From Candidatus Cloacimonadota bacterium (lineage in GTDB: Bacteria > Cloacimonadota > Cloacimonadia > Cloacimonadales > PWNZ01), in assembly GCA_003564135.1 (NCBI GenBank), contig PWNZ01000145.1:1-55766 (forward strand): a stretch of DNA of 55,766 nt. The letters are read 5' to 3'. This document shows, in pieces, positions 18,479-28,904 of this stretch. The notes under the pieces are model-generated. The model did no database searches. It was not told the DNA's origin and saw only the letters and a list, made by a program, of their open reading frames with translations. Positions within the stretch are counted from its first letter, which is position 1; each line of letters opens with the position of its first letter. The translations under genes and the position numbers were made by a program.

Positions 18479-20590
18479 CTATTTATCGATAATGTTTTGT
18501 AGTGGCAAACTTATTTTAAAAGTGGTGCCAATCCCTGTGTCTGATGTTAGCTCAAGGCTTCCTTTGTACTTCTCCACTATGCTTTTGCTTATAGCCAATC
18601 CTAATCCAAACCCCGATGAATCTGAACTCCTCCTGGTAGAAAAATCAGGACGGAATATCTTGTCAATGTTTTCCGGCGGGATACCGCATCCGGTATCGCT
18701 AATACTTATGATTATTGTGTTTTTGTCCTGTAAGGTTTCTATGGTTAAAACTTTTTTTGGGCTGCATTTCATTGATTGAATGGCATTATTAATAATATTG
18801 GCAATTGAAATACTGATCTCTCCATGGGAAGCAAATACCTTCCCGTTTGTTTTGGTTAAATTTTTTATAAGCTTAACATTTTGAGAAAAAAAGATATTAT
18901 GCCGACACATCTCAAGTTCCATTTCTATAAGGTGATTGATGTCAATAGGTCTATGCATCGAGATACTGTCCTCTCTGACCTTATAGAGTAGTTTTTTTAC
19001 TAAGAGACTGATCGTCGAGGAAGCATTGATGATTTTCTTAAGGTCATAATTGTCTGGGTCCGTTTTTTGAATTAGTTGGGCATAACCCATAATTGAGTTG
19101 AGTGGTGAATTAATGTTATGTACGACTCCTTCTGTTAACCTTCCTAAGTCTGCTAGCCTGTTACTTTTAATTAATTCCAACTCTAACTTTTCCCGGGCTA
19201 AACTCTCCTTTGTCTCCTTGGTTATATCATAAATACTGGCTATGTAGTTGATTCCGGTATCACTATCGAAACTCGAGAGACTGAAAAGCACGAACCTTAG
19301 ATACTTATTCCCTTTTTCTGTACTTAGAATAAGATTGGGTTTAAAAACTCTTTTTTGGCTGGTTAATTTGATTTCATCGGTCGATATGTGAAGCAGCTCC
19401 TGCAAATTTTTATCTATGATTTTTTTGGGGTCATCAAGGTCAAAGATTTCCGCAGTTGCCGGGTTACATAAGATAATTTTCATGTCATTATCCATCCAAA
19501 TTACGGCAGAATCGAGATTATCGGTAATTGTTTTATAGGCCTTCAGTGAATATGTGTGACTTGCTATAGAGGAAATCATGGAATTAAATATCTCCACCAT
19601 GTCTCCTAATATACCACGATAATTAGTGAATAATGGCTGTATAGACAGGGGGTTGTTTTCTATTTGTCTCATCTTTATGTTTACAGCTTTGACAGGTGCA
19701 ATAATCTTACTTTTAAACCATGCTCCTGCAATTGTAATCATGATAATTGCTAAAGCTGATAGTGTGAGCATAAAAACCAATAATCCTTGATGTGCGAATT
19801 GATTCAGCTGTCTATCATAAGGTATGAAGATGAATAGCTCCGGTCGAGAAAAAAAGCCATAATAAACCATTAAGCTACCTGCTGTATCGATACCCTGCCT
19901 TAAATTAAACCTTTTCTGCGTATCTTCGAGACTGCGCGACCGTAAAGAGAGAATCTTATTTGATACCATGTTTCTATAACGATCGCTAAGATTGGTGTGA
20001 TGCAAGTCATCTACATCTGAAAAGATATAAGCGTCGTTTTGATCTGTTTTGATGACCGAGCGGTCTAACTTTTGGAGATAAAACATATAACCGAGTATTG
20101 CAGAGTCATTTTCTATAATATCAATAATCGTGCTGAGATAAACCGTGAATATTTCGTAACCGGTGTTAAAATAGTATGTTCTGTGTGTTTGATTTGATCG
20201 GTGAAGGATCATTAGAAGATAATCCTGTAACGGCTGATAGTCAGTACCGATAATTACGTCTCTATTACCGCAAAAAAAGAACATTCTTTCACTCTCTTTT
20301 TCAGTAACTTTTTCAATAATGATTTCTCTGAGAGCGGCAATGTCATGTTTTCTGAATGAATCCTTTAGGCTTTCGCTGGTACTGATATCATTAAGCCTTA
20401 ACATAACATCTTCGTGATGCTGAGATAACCTCTCACTAACCTTGTTAGTTATGTCCGAGAGTTCCTTATCCTCTCTTTGCCGTATACCATATCTGATTAT
20501 TTGCCATGATAAGAGAACCAATGATAAAATCAGGATAAATGTAACGGCGAAAAATAGTGTAAAGATGCGTTTTTCTAAATAATCTTTCAT
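18479..20590 (-). CDS. Membrane sensor histidine kinase (2 TM, periplasmic sensor, HAMP, PAS, HisKA, HATPase), PilS/NtrB-like
   Basis: H-box GVVHNINSPL, N-box NIINNAIQS, DTGCGI, F..DFST, GFGLGL; directly upstream of the NtrC-family regulator. Confidence 0.92.
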   Translation of the reverse strand: MKDYLEKRIFTLFFAVTFILILSLVLLSWQIIRYGIRQREDKELSDITNKVSERLSQHHEDVMLRLNDISTSESLKDSFRKHDIAALREIIIEKVTEKESERMFFFCGNRDVIIGTDYQPLQDYLLMILHRSNQTHRTYYFNTGYEIFTVYLSTIIDIIENDSAILGYMFYLQKLDRSVIKTDQNDAYIFSDVDDLHHTNLSDRYRNMVSNKILSLRSRSLEDTQKRFNLRQGIDTAGSLMVYYGFFSRPELFIFIPYDRQLNQFAHQGLLVFMLTLSALAIIMITIAGAWFKSKIIAPVKAVNIKMRQIENNPLSIQPLFTNYRGILGDMVEIFNSMISSIASHTYSLKAYKTITDNLDSAVIWMDNDMKIILCNPATAEIFDLDDPKKIIDKNLQELLHISTDEIKLTSQKRVFKPNLILSTEKGNKYLRFVLFSLSSFDSDTGINYIASIYDITKETKESLAREKLELELIKSNRLADLGRLTEGVVHNINSPLNSIMGYAQLIQKTDPDNYDLKKIINASSTISLLVKKLLYKVREDSISMHRPIDINHLIEMELEMCRHNIFFSQNVKLIKNLTKTNGKVFASHGEISISIANIINNAIQSMKCSPKKVLTIETLQDKNTIIISISDTGCGIPPENIDKIFRPDFSTRRSSDSSGFGLGLAISKSIVEKYKGSLELTSDTGIGTTFKISLPLQNIIDK

Positions 20591-20911
20591 AAAAACCTCG
20601 TGTGTTAACAGTTATGCGAAAGCATTCTGATTAATACCGGATAGTGTAAAGTATTTACCGCTATTAAAATGACCTGATACATCAACAGAGCCGATTGCTA
20701 GTTCAATGTCGCAGGTTGCTCATCAAATATTTGATGTTCAGAGAAAGCATACCCGCTAATCAATCAAGTTATTTTTTGCCAGAGCTTATCGATAATTAGC
20801 CGATTGTAGTGAGCTTTGACAAGTCAATATGTAGTTGACATGATAGCATGAATAGTTTTTTTGAGCTGGAAGTGTACGATAATGACTGCTAAATTTTTCA
20901 GGAGATAATTA

Positions 20912-22573
20912 ATGTTTAAAGTAGACCTATATTTGAACCGTGTTTTTTTAAGAAGCTATGAATTCGATAAAGCTGTTAGTGTTGCCTATATTATAGACCA
21001 AGCTAACATTAAGCCATTAGATGCCATAACTTTTAAATTAAACAATGAGTTTGTTAACAGCAATAAAATTATTGCAGAGCAGAGTAGCTTGGAGTGCGTC
21101 GGATTTGATTCCGAAGAAGGTTTTAGAATTTATCAGGACTCGGCAATTTTCTTAATGGCTAAAGCTTTTTATGAAATATTTCACACGTCACGAAATCTTA
21201 TAATTAAGCACTCAATTGGAGACGGTATTTATTGTGAAGTTTCAGGAAATGAACCTATCACTAATCAAGATGTGTCGCTATTAAGTAGCGAAATGAAAAA
21301 GAGGGTAGATGAACACCTGCCGATTGAAAAAAACGAGATTGCAATTAACTACGCTATGGAGCTGTTTGACAAGCAAGCTCGATCGGATGTCATAAAAAAC
21401 TTACGCTATAATCATACAGGTTATGTAACCGTGTTCAAGTGTGGTGAATATTATGATTACTATGTTAGGCAATTAGCGGATAACACAGCTATCCTTAGTG
21501 AATTCGAACTAAACTTTCACCCACCGGGTTTATGTATCAGGTTTCCATTGGCATCAACAAAAAAAGTTAGAAAAGAGTTTGTATATCCCCGGAAACTGTT
21601 TTCTATTCACACTGAAGCTGACAAGTGGCTGAATATATTAGGAAGCCACTATATGGGTGACATTAACGAAAAAATTGAGGACTTCACCATCGGATGGGAT
21701 ATACAAGTTGAAGAAGCTCTTCATGAAAAAAAAATAGCTGAGTTTGCTGATAATATTTCATCCGAAAATGGGCTGAAGGCGGTATTAATTGCCGGACCTT
21801 CATCGTCCGGGAAGACGACCTTTTCAAAGCGACTGTCGGTGCAGCTCCACGTAAACGGTATAAAGCCCATTATAATAGGTCTTGATGAGTATTTTCATCC
21901 CAGAACTAAATCACCTCGCAAATCAAATGGCGAATATGATTTTGAAAGCATAAATGCTATCGATTTAGAGTTATTTAACCATCACTTAGAAATGTTGCTG
22001 CAAGGAAAAGAGGTTGAATTACCCAAATATGATTTCATTTCAGGGAAAAGATTGAAGAGCAATAACCGTCTTAAAATGGATAACAATAATATATTGTTAA
22101 TTGAGGGTATCCACGGATTAAATAATAAACTTACCGAAGCTGTTGCTAATAGCCAGAAAATAAAAATCTATATTAGTTGCCTGAACCAACTTAATATAGA
22201 CCGGCATAACCGAATAGCGACGACATATTTTAGAAAGATAAGACGGATAGTAAGGGATAATTACTTCAGAGGCTATACAGCAGAGTTTACCTTAGATAGG
22301 TGGCAGTCCATAAGTGAAGGAGAACACCTAAACATTTTTCCGTTTCAGGAAGATGCAGACCTTATCTTCAATAGTGGTCTGACTTATGAAGTAAATGTCT
22401 TGAAGAAACATGTTCTCCAAGCTCTTTATAGAGTTTCAAGGCAGTCATCTGTCTATACAGAAGCTCAAAAGCTGATCTTTTTAGTCGAGCATTCATTGGA
22501 TATACAGGATGATTTAGTACCTACTAATTCTATCCTACGTGAATTCATTGGTGGTGGAGTGTTTAAATATTAA
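20912..22573 (+). CDS. Nucleoside/uridine kinase-family protein with N-terminal ThrRS-like domains
   Basis: N-terminal region resembling ThrRS TGS/SAD domains; C-terminal IAGPSSSGKTTF, IEGIHGLN, RRIVRD..FRG, IFPFQE.AD..FNS and SILREFIGG. Confidence 0.85.
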   Translation: MFKVDLYLNRVFLRSYEFDKAVSVAYIIDQANIKPLDAITFKLNNEFVNSNKIIAEQSSLECVGFDSEEGFRIYQDSAIFLMAKAFYEIFHTSRNLIIKHSIGDGIYCEVSGNEPITNQDVSLLSSEMKKRVDEHLPIEKNEIAINYAMELFDKQARSDVIKNLRYNHTGYVTVFKCGEYYDYYVRQLADNTAILSEFELNFHPPGLCIRFPLASTKKVRKEFVYPRKLFSIHTEADKWLNILGSHYMGDINEKIEDFTIGWDIQVEEALHEKKIAEFADNISSENGLKAVLIAGPSSSGKTTFSKRLSVQLHVNGIKPIIIGLDEYFHPRTKSPRKSNGEYDFESINAIDLELFNHHLEMLLQGKEVELPKYDFISGKRLKSNNRLKMDNNNILLIEGIHGLNNKLTEAVANSQKIKIYISCLNQLNIDRHNRIATTYFRKIRRIVRDNYFRGYTAEFTLDRWQSISEGEHLNIFPFQEDADLIFNSGLTYEVNVLKKHVLQALYRVSRQSSVYTEAQKLIFLVEHSLDIQDDLVPTNSILREFIGGGVFKY

Positions 22574-22839
22574 TACAACGCAAAAAAAACTATGCGTAAT
22601 TAGATGTTGCAACTGAGTATTGATAACAGTATGCCTCTTATTGGTATTCTGTTTGATAAACTAATATATTTCTAACATACAATTATGAAAACAGGTCTCA
22701 AGAAGGCGTTAAAATCTAGTCATAATAGAAGACATCTGCATGAAAACGAGTTAAATATCCTGAAAATGCTTGACAGTAATCGCCGATTTGATGAATGTTG
22801 CAGGAGACAATGTTAACCGCATTTAGGAGGTGGTAAGTA

Positions 22840-24741
22840 ATGTACATCATACGCAATGAGAAAGGAAATATAGGAATAGCGTTAGTGGTGGTGTTGGTGG
22901 CAATTATGTCTGGGGTTTCCTTGGCTTCTGTTGCCTTTAGGGATACTGTTGGTTTCAGAAATCAACTAGATGGTATCCAGCAGTTCCACTATATTCGTTC
23001 TGAAGTTGGTAGAGGACGCTTAGCAGCAGGACATTTAGAGGGGATGGATAACCCGGGAACTGACAATCTTTTACCGGTTAGGAGAAGGAGTGTCGAGTTT
23101 GGTACTCATAGAACCGTATACAGGGCAAGAACCCGGTTATCTATATGGGACGATCAAGGAGAAAAAGGTTTCCTAATAAGAACTCTTACTTCAGCCGTTA
23201 GAGGTGATGAGGACACTGCTGCGCCGGATTTACAATCTCAATCACAAAGATATGCTGAAAATAGAATTAGATCTCTCCAATCTTTGGCGATATTCCACTA
23301 TTTCAGTGATATTGACGAGGAGAGAGACGGGGTGGCCGGTAATATAAGATTCTTTGCAGGTGATATTATTTACGGACGTGTTCATAGTAATACCGATATA
23401 TGGATCCGACAAAACAGTTGGCCAACATTTCACGGCTTGGTGAGCACGGCAGGAGAAATCCGAGTTTTTCCCGGGGGAGGCACTGATTACCCAACGGACC
23501 AAATCTTCAGAGGTGGTCTAATAGAACACTACCGCAGAATAGTCTTTGATCCCAATGCCAATGCCGTAAGAAATAAAGGCCGGTATCCGCTTGGTTCAAA
23601 CGAAGATGATGATTCAATAGCATACGTAACGATAGAAGGTACTTCTTACAATATACTTATAGGTGAAGTTGAAATAGATGAACCAACAAATGAGGATGAA
23701 TGGATTGAAGGTGTAAACCAGTTTACCATATATGATTCCTACCCTCCCTATGATGCTGTTGGTGACTCAATCTATTACAACCGAATAGCTATGCCCGATA
23801 CAACATGGCGAGATGGACCTTCTGGTTCAATCGTAGGCACTTCAGCCTTTATTCCGATGGAATTGTGGATCAGTGGTGAAGTTACCGGTTCGCAAACTTG
23901 GGCAAGTTCTCATGATATTTATATAAAAGACGACATTACATATACTAATACTCAAGTTGGTCTCAGACCCGATGGTATTGATGGTTCAGGTAATCAAACC
24001 TTACCGGTGAATTCAACAGATTATTTTGGACTGATTTCGGAAGAATCAATATGGATTCAATATGGACATTTTTCTCCTGAGGATTCTGTCAGGTTACGAC
24101 CCAATACCGACGATATATATATGTATGGTGCATATTGCGCGGTAGGTCAGGGAACAGAGACTTGGGAAGATGGAATATTCACTTTCCAATACCAATTCCC
24201 CAAAGGTTCGACACCACCTCAATACTCGATGGGAGAGTGGTTCAGATACATCGACTTACATCGTTTTCATTATCCCACAACATCATCGACCCCTTGGCCA
24301 CTCGGGTTAGACTATCCCTGGTATAATCCTTTATGGCCGGAACCGGGCGAGATATACGGATTTCCTGGCTTTCAGTTTACGCCTAACCCTCACAATGCTC
24401 CTATGATAGTAAAACTTCGCGGAGAGATAAACCTTTTTGGTTCGATAGCGCAAAGAAGGAGGGGATATGTACGTAGAAGTGGTAATCCGGACTTTGATAC
24501 AGGTCTGTGGGACATAGATAACTCTATAGAACCAACTAGCCCACCGAGATATGGTTCACCAGCTCCAGCGATAGGAGCCACCGGTTATGATAAACGTTAT
24601 CATTTCGATAACAGATTTGAAAGACGTTCGCCTCCTCACTTCCCATTGGTTATTTTTGAAGGATATGATACTGATGAGTTGATGGACTTGGGATATTTAA
24701 CCTTACGTTGGGAATTTAAAAACCCACCATCTTCATTCTAA
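22840..24741 (+). CDS. Large PilX-like pilin/adhesin with class III signal peptide (DUF4900-like)
   Basis: RNEKG-NIGIALVVVLVAIMSG prepilin-like N-terminus without Glu5; I.F...D.I.GRVHSN, DYFGLIS, L.GSI.Q.RRG and GY.K.Y..D.RF....PP.FP motifs; RBS AGGAGG. Confidence 0.7.
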   Translation: MYIIRNEKGNIGIALVVVLVAIMSGVSLASVAFRDTVGFRNQLDGIQQFHYIRSEVGRGRLAAGHLEGMDNPGTDNLLPVRRRSVEFGTHRTVYRARTRLSIWDDQGEKGFLIRTLTSAVRGDEDTAAPDLQSQSQRYAENRIRSLQSLAIFHYFSDIDEERDGVAGNIRFFAGDIIYGRVHSNTDIWIRQNSWPTFHGLVSTAGEIRVFPGGGTDYPTDQIFRGGLIEHYRRIVFDPNANAVRNKGRYPLGSNEDDDSIAYVTIEGTSYNILIGEVEIDEPTNEDEWIEGVNQFTIYDSYPPYDAVGDSIYYNRIAMPDTTWRDGPSGSIVGTSAFIPMELWISGEVTGSQTWASSHDIYIKDDITYTNTQVGLRPDGIDGSGNQTLPVNSTDYFGLISEESIWIQYGHFSPEDSVRLRPNTDDIYMYGAYCAVGQGTETWEDGIFTFQYQFPKGSTPPQYSMGEWFRYIDLHRFHYPTTSSTPWPLGLDYPWYNPLWPEPGEIYGFPGFQFTPNPHNAPMIVKLRGEINLFGSIAQRRRGYVRRSGNPDFDTGLWDIDNSIEPTSPPRYGSPAPAIGATGYDKRYHFDNRFERRSPPHFPLVIFEGYDTDELMDLGYLTLRWEFKNPPSSF

Positions 24742-24769
24742 AAACTAAGAAACAAACATAATATAAACG

Positions 24770-24798
24770 AGGCACGGTAAATTCACCGTGCCTTTTTA
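24770..24798 (+). terminator. Intrinsic terminator
   Basis: AGGCACGGT-AAATTC-ACCGTGCCT followed by a T run, about 30 bp after the stop at 24741. Confidence 0.85.
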
Positions 24799-24972
24799 CT
24801 TTGTGTCACGCTACCTGTCATAAAGAGTCTAATCACTATCTTGAAGAATCTTTTAGCATGCATAGCGTATCTGTCTGGTTTAACTATCTGTAGTGTATAT
24901 GTATTTATGATGGTTCACTATCTAAAACGGTGTTTTGAATAATCCGGATAGGTTATTCTTACAATCAAGCCA

Positions 24973-26211
24973 TCAGCCGGGTTCGTTATTCCAATTATCT
25001 GCTATTAGTTTACCTTTGACTTCATTTACAGTTTGCAGTATCAAACCTCCGGTAATAAAAAAAACAAGAATAGCTAATATAGACCATCGTTGAGAACCTG
25101 TTATTCTAGCAATTTCTCCATAAACCAAAGGTCCTAATACAGATGCGAGTTTCCCTGTGAAGGCATAAAAACCAAAAAACTAAGTCATTTTCACAGACGG
25201 GGTCAGTAGAGCTAACATCGTTCTACTGGCTGACTGACTTGAACCTATAGCTATTCCAGCTAGAAGACCGACAAAATAGTATTCGGTAACAGACCTGCAA
25301 AAGAATGCCCATATAACTACCAATGACCAAATAATAAGGGTTATAGTTATGGTCTTTTTGCAACCGATGATATCGGTTATATAGCCGAATGATAAAGCGC
25401 CTAAGATAGACGTGAATTGAGCAATAATAAAATAGAATATCAATTCTTGTGGAGTCATATTAAACCTTGTTGCACCATAGATTGCAGCAAAGCTAATGAC
25501 AACTATTATACCGTCATTATAGATAAAGTAGCTAATAATAAATTTCAGAAGCTCCTTGAATTTGGTGATATTTCTCCAGGAATAAGTGATACGACGATAC
25601 GCTATCTTAAGGTAGTTCGTCTGTGGTAAACTACCTTTAGTTTCCGCAAGCAAAAAGAAAGTTACCAACGCAGATAATGCAAAGAACAGAGCGACTGCCG
25701 GGAATACTAAACGAATGTTAACATTTACTATATATAAAGACATTAGAAGCGATAGCAATCCACCAACATAGCCAAAAGCCCAACCCCAACCCGACACTTT
25801 ACCCAAATCTTTTCTGGGGGCAATATCTGTTAGAAATGAGTTGTAGAAAACGTAAGAGCTGTTATATCCGAAGTTTGCTATTATGAAGAACAGCATTCCT
25901 AAAAAGATTCTACCTGCTGTCACGAAATAAAGCAACCCGGTAAAGAGAACACACAGATAGGTATTAAAGATGAGGAATTTTTTTTTCGATTTAGAGTGAT
26001 CAGCAATAGCACCGAATATCGGTGCTGAGAAGCCTACCATGAGCATCGATATACTAACCGCCCTGCCCCATAAAGCAGTTCCTATCTCTTCTGATCCTAC
26101 GACAACATCTTTAAAATAAACACTATAAATAACGCTAACTATAATGGTAGTGAATGATGAGTTGGCAAAATCATAAGTAATCCAGCCGATGATGTTTTTA
26201 TTCAGTTTCAT
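24973..26211 (-). pseudogene. UMF1/Atg22-like MFS transporter interrupted by one in-frame TAG (25180-25182)
   Basis: W..YDFANS.F, SG.GWA.GY.GG, YNDG and G..QS.SR motifs; after ...PSVKMT* the same frame continues FFGFYAFTGKLASVLGPLVYG...GSQRWSILAILVFFITGG to TGA at 24973-24975, completing the last two TM helices (412 codons). Confidence 0.85.
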
Positions 26212-26214
26212 TGA

Positions 26215-27297
26215 CTAGCGGTTCTTGAATGAACAAAGGTCGATTAAAGGTAAACCTAAATTTTTATAAGGTAAAGGATTAGGAGTTGCGACAAATATTT
26301 GATTATTGCCCTTTAGGTATCCGACGATTGACTCGGTTCTTTTTTCATCGAGATCAGAAAGAACATCGTCGAAAATCATAACAGCAGCATCATGATCGCT
26401 TTTAGTGACTAGTCTCGACTGTGCGAGTCCTAACAGGATAATAAAGCTTCTTTTTTGCCCGTGTGAACCGAATCGTGATATATTCTTACCGTTTAGTAGA
26501 AAGATATAGTCGTCCAAGTGTGGCCCAATCAGGGTTCTTTGATAATATACTTCGTCTTTCAGCTTTTTTTGCAACTCCTCGAGGATAGTATCTTTTACCT
26601 GTTTATATTTCGTTATGTTGAACCTGCATTTATACTTTATCAGCATCCTTTCCGATGGGGTAGTCACTGAAAAGATGGGGCAGTTATTTATCTCTTGATT
26701 GATAGCAGATAAATAATCAGTTCTCAACCTGATAACTCTGGCCGCGGTAACGGAAAGTCTTTTGTCCCATATCTCTTTGTCTTTTGAGCTGAATTCGGTT
26801 TTAAGAAGGGCATTTCTCTGTTTCAGAGTATTGTTATACTCTCTCAGTATTTCTATGTATTGAAAGTTTGACTGCGATACTGCCAAATCAAAGAAACTTC
26901 TTCTTTGTCTAGGTGTACCGGTTATAATGTTGATATCTTCTTGCGAGAAGATGATAGTTTTCAGCATCTTATATAGTTCGCTTATTCTGCTCACTTGGAC
27001 ATTGTTTATTCTAATTCTTTTCTGTCCAATCTGATTAACGGCAGCTTCGAACTTGTAATCGCCATAATGCAGATGGAATTTTGCATTGATCCTAAAGAAA
27101 TCTCTTTCATAGTAGATTAGATCGCTATCTTTTGCCAGCTTATATGATTTCCCATAAGCTAAATAAGCTATAGCTTCCAAGAGATTGGTTTTTCCTATTC
27201 CATTGACGCCATGAAAGATATTTCCTTTATTATCGAAATTAACCGAAAGGTTTCGAAAGTTTCGATAGTTCATTAAATTTAGTTCGGAGACAAACAT
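26215..27297 (-). CDS. recF: DNA replication/repair protein RecF
   Basis: NYRN, G.NG.GKTNLLEAI, G.P..RR.FFD, GPH.DD, GS.GQKR and DDVLSDLD motifs; downstream of dnaN. Confidence 0.95.
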   Translation of the reverse strand: MFVSELNLMNYRNFRNLSVNFDNKGNIFHGVNGIGKTNLLEAIAYLAYGKSYKLAKDSDLIYYERDFFRINAKFHLHYGDYKFEAAVNQIGQKRIRINNVQVSRISELYKMLKTIIFSQEDINIITGTPRQRRSFFDLAVSQSNFQYIEILREYNNTLKQRNALLKTEFSSKDKEIWDKRLSVTAARVIRLRTDYLSAINQEINNCPIFSVTTPSERMLIKYKCRFNITKYKQVKDTILEELQKKLKDEVYYQRTLIGPHLDDYIFLLNGKNISRFGSHGQKRSFIILLGLAQSRLVTKSDHDAAVMIFDDVLSDLDEKRTESIVGYLKGNNQIFVATPNPLPYKNLGLPLIDLCSFKNR

Positions 27298-27371
27298 TTG
27301 CCAAGGTAATGATAGCTTAAAGATATTGGTATTCGTGAGATGTTGCTGATAAGCAAACGTAGTCTCAAAAT

Positions 27372-27404
27372 AACAAAGTAAGGGGCGAATTTGCTCCGCC
27401 CCTT
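27372..27404 (-). terminator. Hairpin/terminator after dnaN
   Basis: Minus strand AAGGGGCGGA-GCAAA-TTCGCCCCTT followed by T-rich sequence. Confidence 0.65.
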
Positions 27405-27409
27405 GAAAA

Positions 27410-28543
27410 CTATTGCAACCTAAGTGGCATTAGAAGGATATCGACTTTATAATCGTCTATCTCCGGATGGTTATAAATCAATACCTGATTATTTACCATA
27501 CCATCTACAGGGTCAGCGAAGGTAAGTTTAACCTTGTCCGTTTCGATAATGCTGATTACAGAAAGCACGAATTTATAGTTAAACGCTATTTCGAACTCAG
27601 GCCCTTGATATTCAAAGTCGGTTATAACTTCTCTGGCATCGCCCATCTCGAAGCTGAAGGAGGTTACCACTATCTCTGATTCTGAGATTTTCATTTTTAT
27701 CTTAAAAAACTCATCTGTTGCTAAAAGAGCTACACGGCGAACAGCTTGTCTTAGAGTGTCCTTGTTGATGACTAACATGTTGGGATTATCTTGTAGCAGG
27801 GCCTTGCTGTAATCGGGATATTTTCCGGGTATAACTTGAGTCGATATGCAGTAGTTTCGATATGCGAATACCACTCTATTAGCCTCAAAAAGATATTTCA
27901 AGTCAGGTGTATTATCGTCGATAACTTTTTCCAAAAAATGTAGTCCTTTTACTGGAAGTACCTGCTCCATAGGTTCGTTTAGATCAATTGTGTGCGCTTT
28001 TTTGATTTCGGATATTCTTTTGCCATCGGTAGCGGCAACTGTTTGCATCTCCGACGATATGCGCCATAGAATACCGGTAAAGATGGGTCTTGTTTCTTCT
28101 TGCGATACGGCTATAGATGCAATATTGATCATCTTTGCAAAGGTTGGAGCGTTAACTGTCTGGAAATTTTCCGGGTTGATATCCGGGCGTGCAGGAAATT
28201 CGGAATAGTCGGCACAGAGTAAGGAGAATTTAGCTTTGCTACATTGCATCTTTAGATAGCCGTCATCATAGTTGAAATCGATAGGCTTGTCATCTACAGA
28301 GCTAACTATCTCAAGAAGATGTCTTGCAGAAACGGCCACTTTCCCTCCTTCCATGACTTCTGTCTTTAGCTGACATATTATGGTTACATCTAAGTTAGTA
28401 GCTGAAATAATAACCTTTTGCCCGTTTTCATCAGCTTCAATTAGGAAGTTCTGAAGAATAGGGTTGATGGTTTTAGTGGGAACAACAGTTATCAGGTGTT
28501 GGATGTTCGATAGCAGATTTGTTTTTTCGATGGTAAAGTGCAT
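27410..28543 (-). CDS. dnaN: DNA polymerase III beta sliding clamp
   Basis: PIL.NFL, SATNL, RPIFTG, AATDG.R, GKYPDY, IAFN.KF and C-terminal LLMPLR. Confidence 0.96.
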   Translation of the reverse strand: MHFTIEKTNLLSNIQHLITVVPTKTINPILQNFLIEADENGQKVIISATNLDVTIICQLKTEVMEGGKVAVSARHLLEIVSSVDDKPIDFNYDDGYLKMQCSKAKFSLLCADYSEFPARPDINPENFQTVNAPTFAKMINIASIAVSQEETRPIFTGILWRISSEMQTVAATDGKRISEIKKAHTIDLNEPMEQVLPVKGLHFLEKVIDDNTPDLKYLFEANRVVFAYRNYCISTQVIPGKYPDYSKALLQDNPNMLVINKDTLRQAVRRVALLATDEFFKIKMKISESEIVVTSFSFEMGDAREVITDFEYQGPEFEIAFNYKFVLSVISIIETDKVKLTFADPVDGMVNNQVLIYNHPEIDDYKVDILLMPLRLQ

Positions 28544-28800
28544 ATTATCTATCCTTTTTTATTTTTTTGAAATACCTACTTATATCAGCCCTCTATCGCA
28601 GGTGTTTACAAGTAGATTAAGCACAATGAGAATTCCTGTCCTAGTTGGAAATCAAAAGTGATAAAGACTTAATCAAGCTTAGAAGCATCTGTCCAATGAG
28701 CATGGTAGAGGTTGTGTATCATATTCACCATTATTATTGATGGCTTTTTAAGTATCGATAGGCAACCGGCTTACACTTGAACAACGATAGTGGAGTTTTT

Positions 28801-28877
28801 GGGCTCAAAACCCACCTAAAACGCGTTTCATAGGGATACCTTTGCTCCTTGCATTATTGGAGGCAGGTTTTGAGCCT
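28801..28877. repeat. Inverted repeat enclosing two hairpins between hup and dnaN
   Basis: GGCTCAAAACC (28802-28812) and GGTTTTGAGCC (28866-28876) are perfectly complementary; inner CCTA...TAGG and CTCC...GGAG stems. Confidence 0.6.
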
Positions 28878-28904
28878 TTAAGTTAGAAACTAACAGGTTT
28901 TTGA

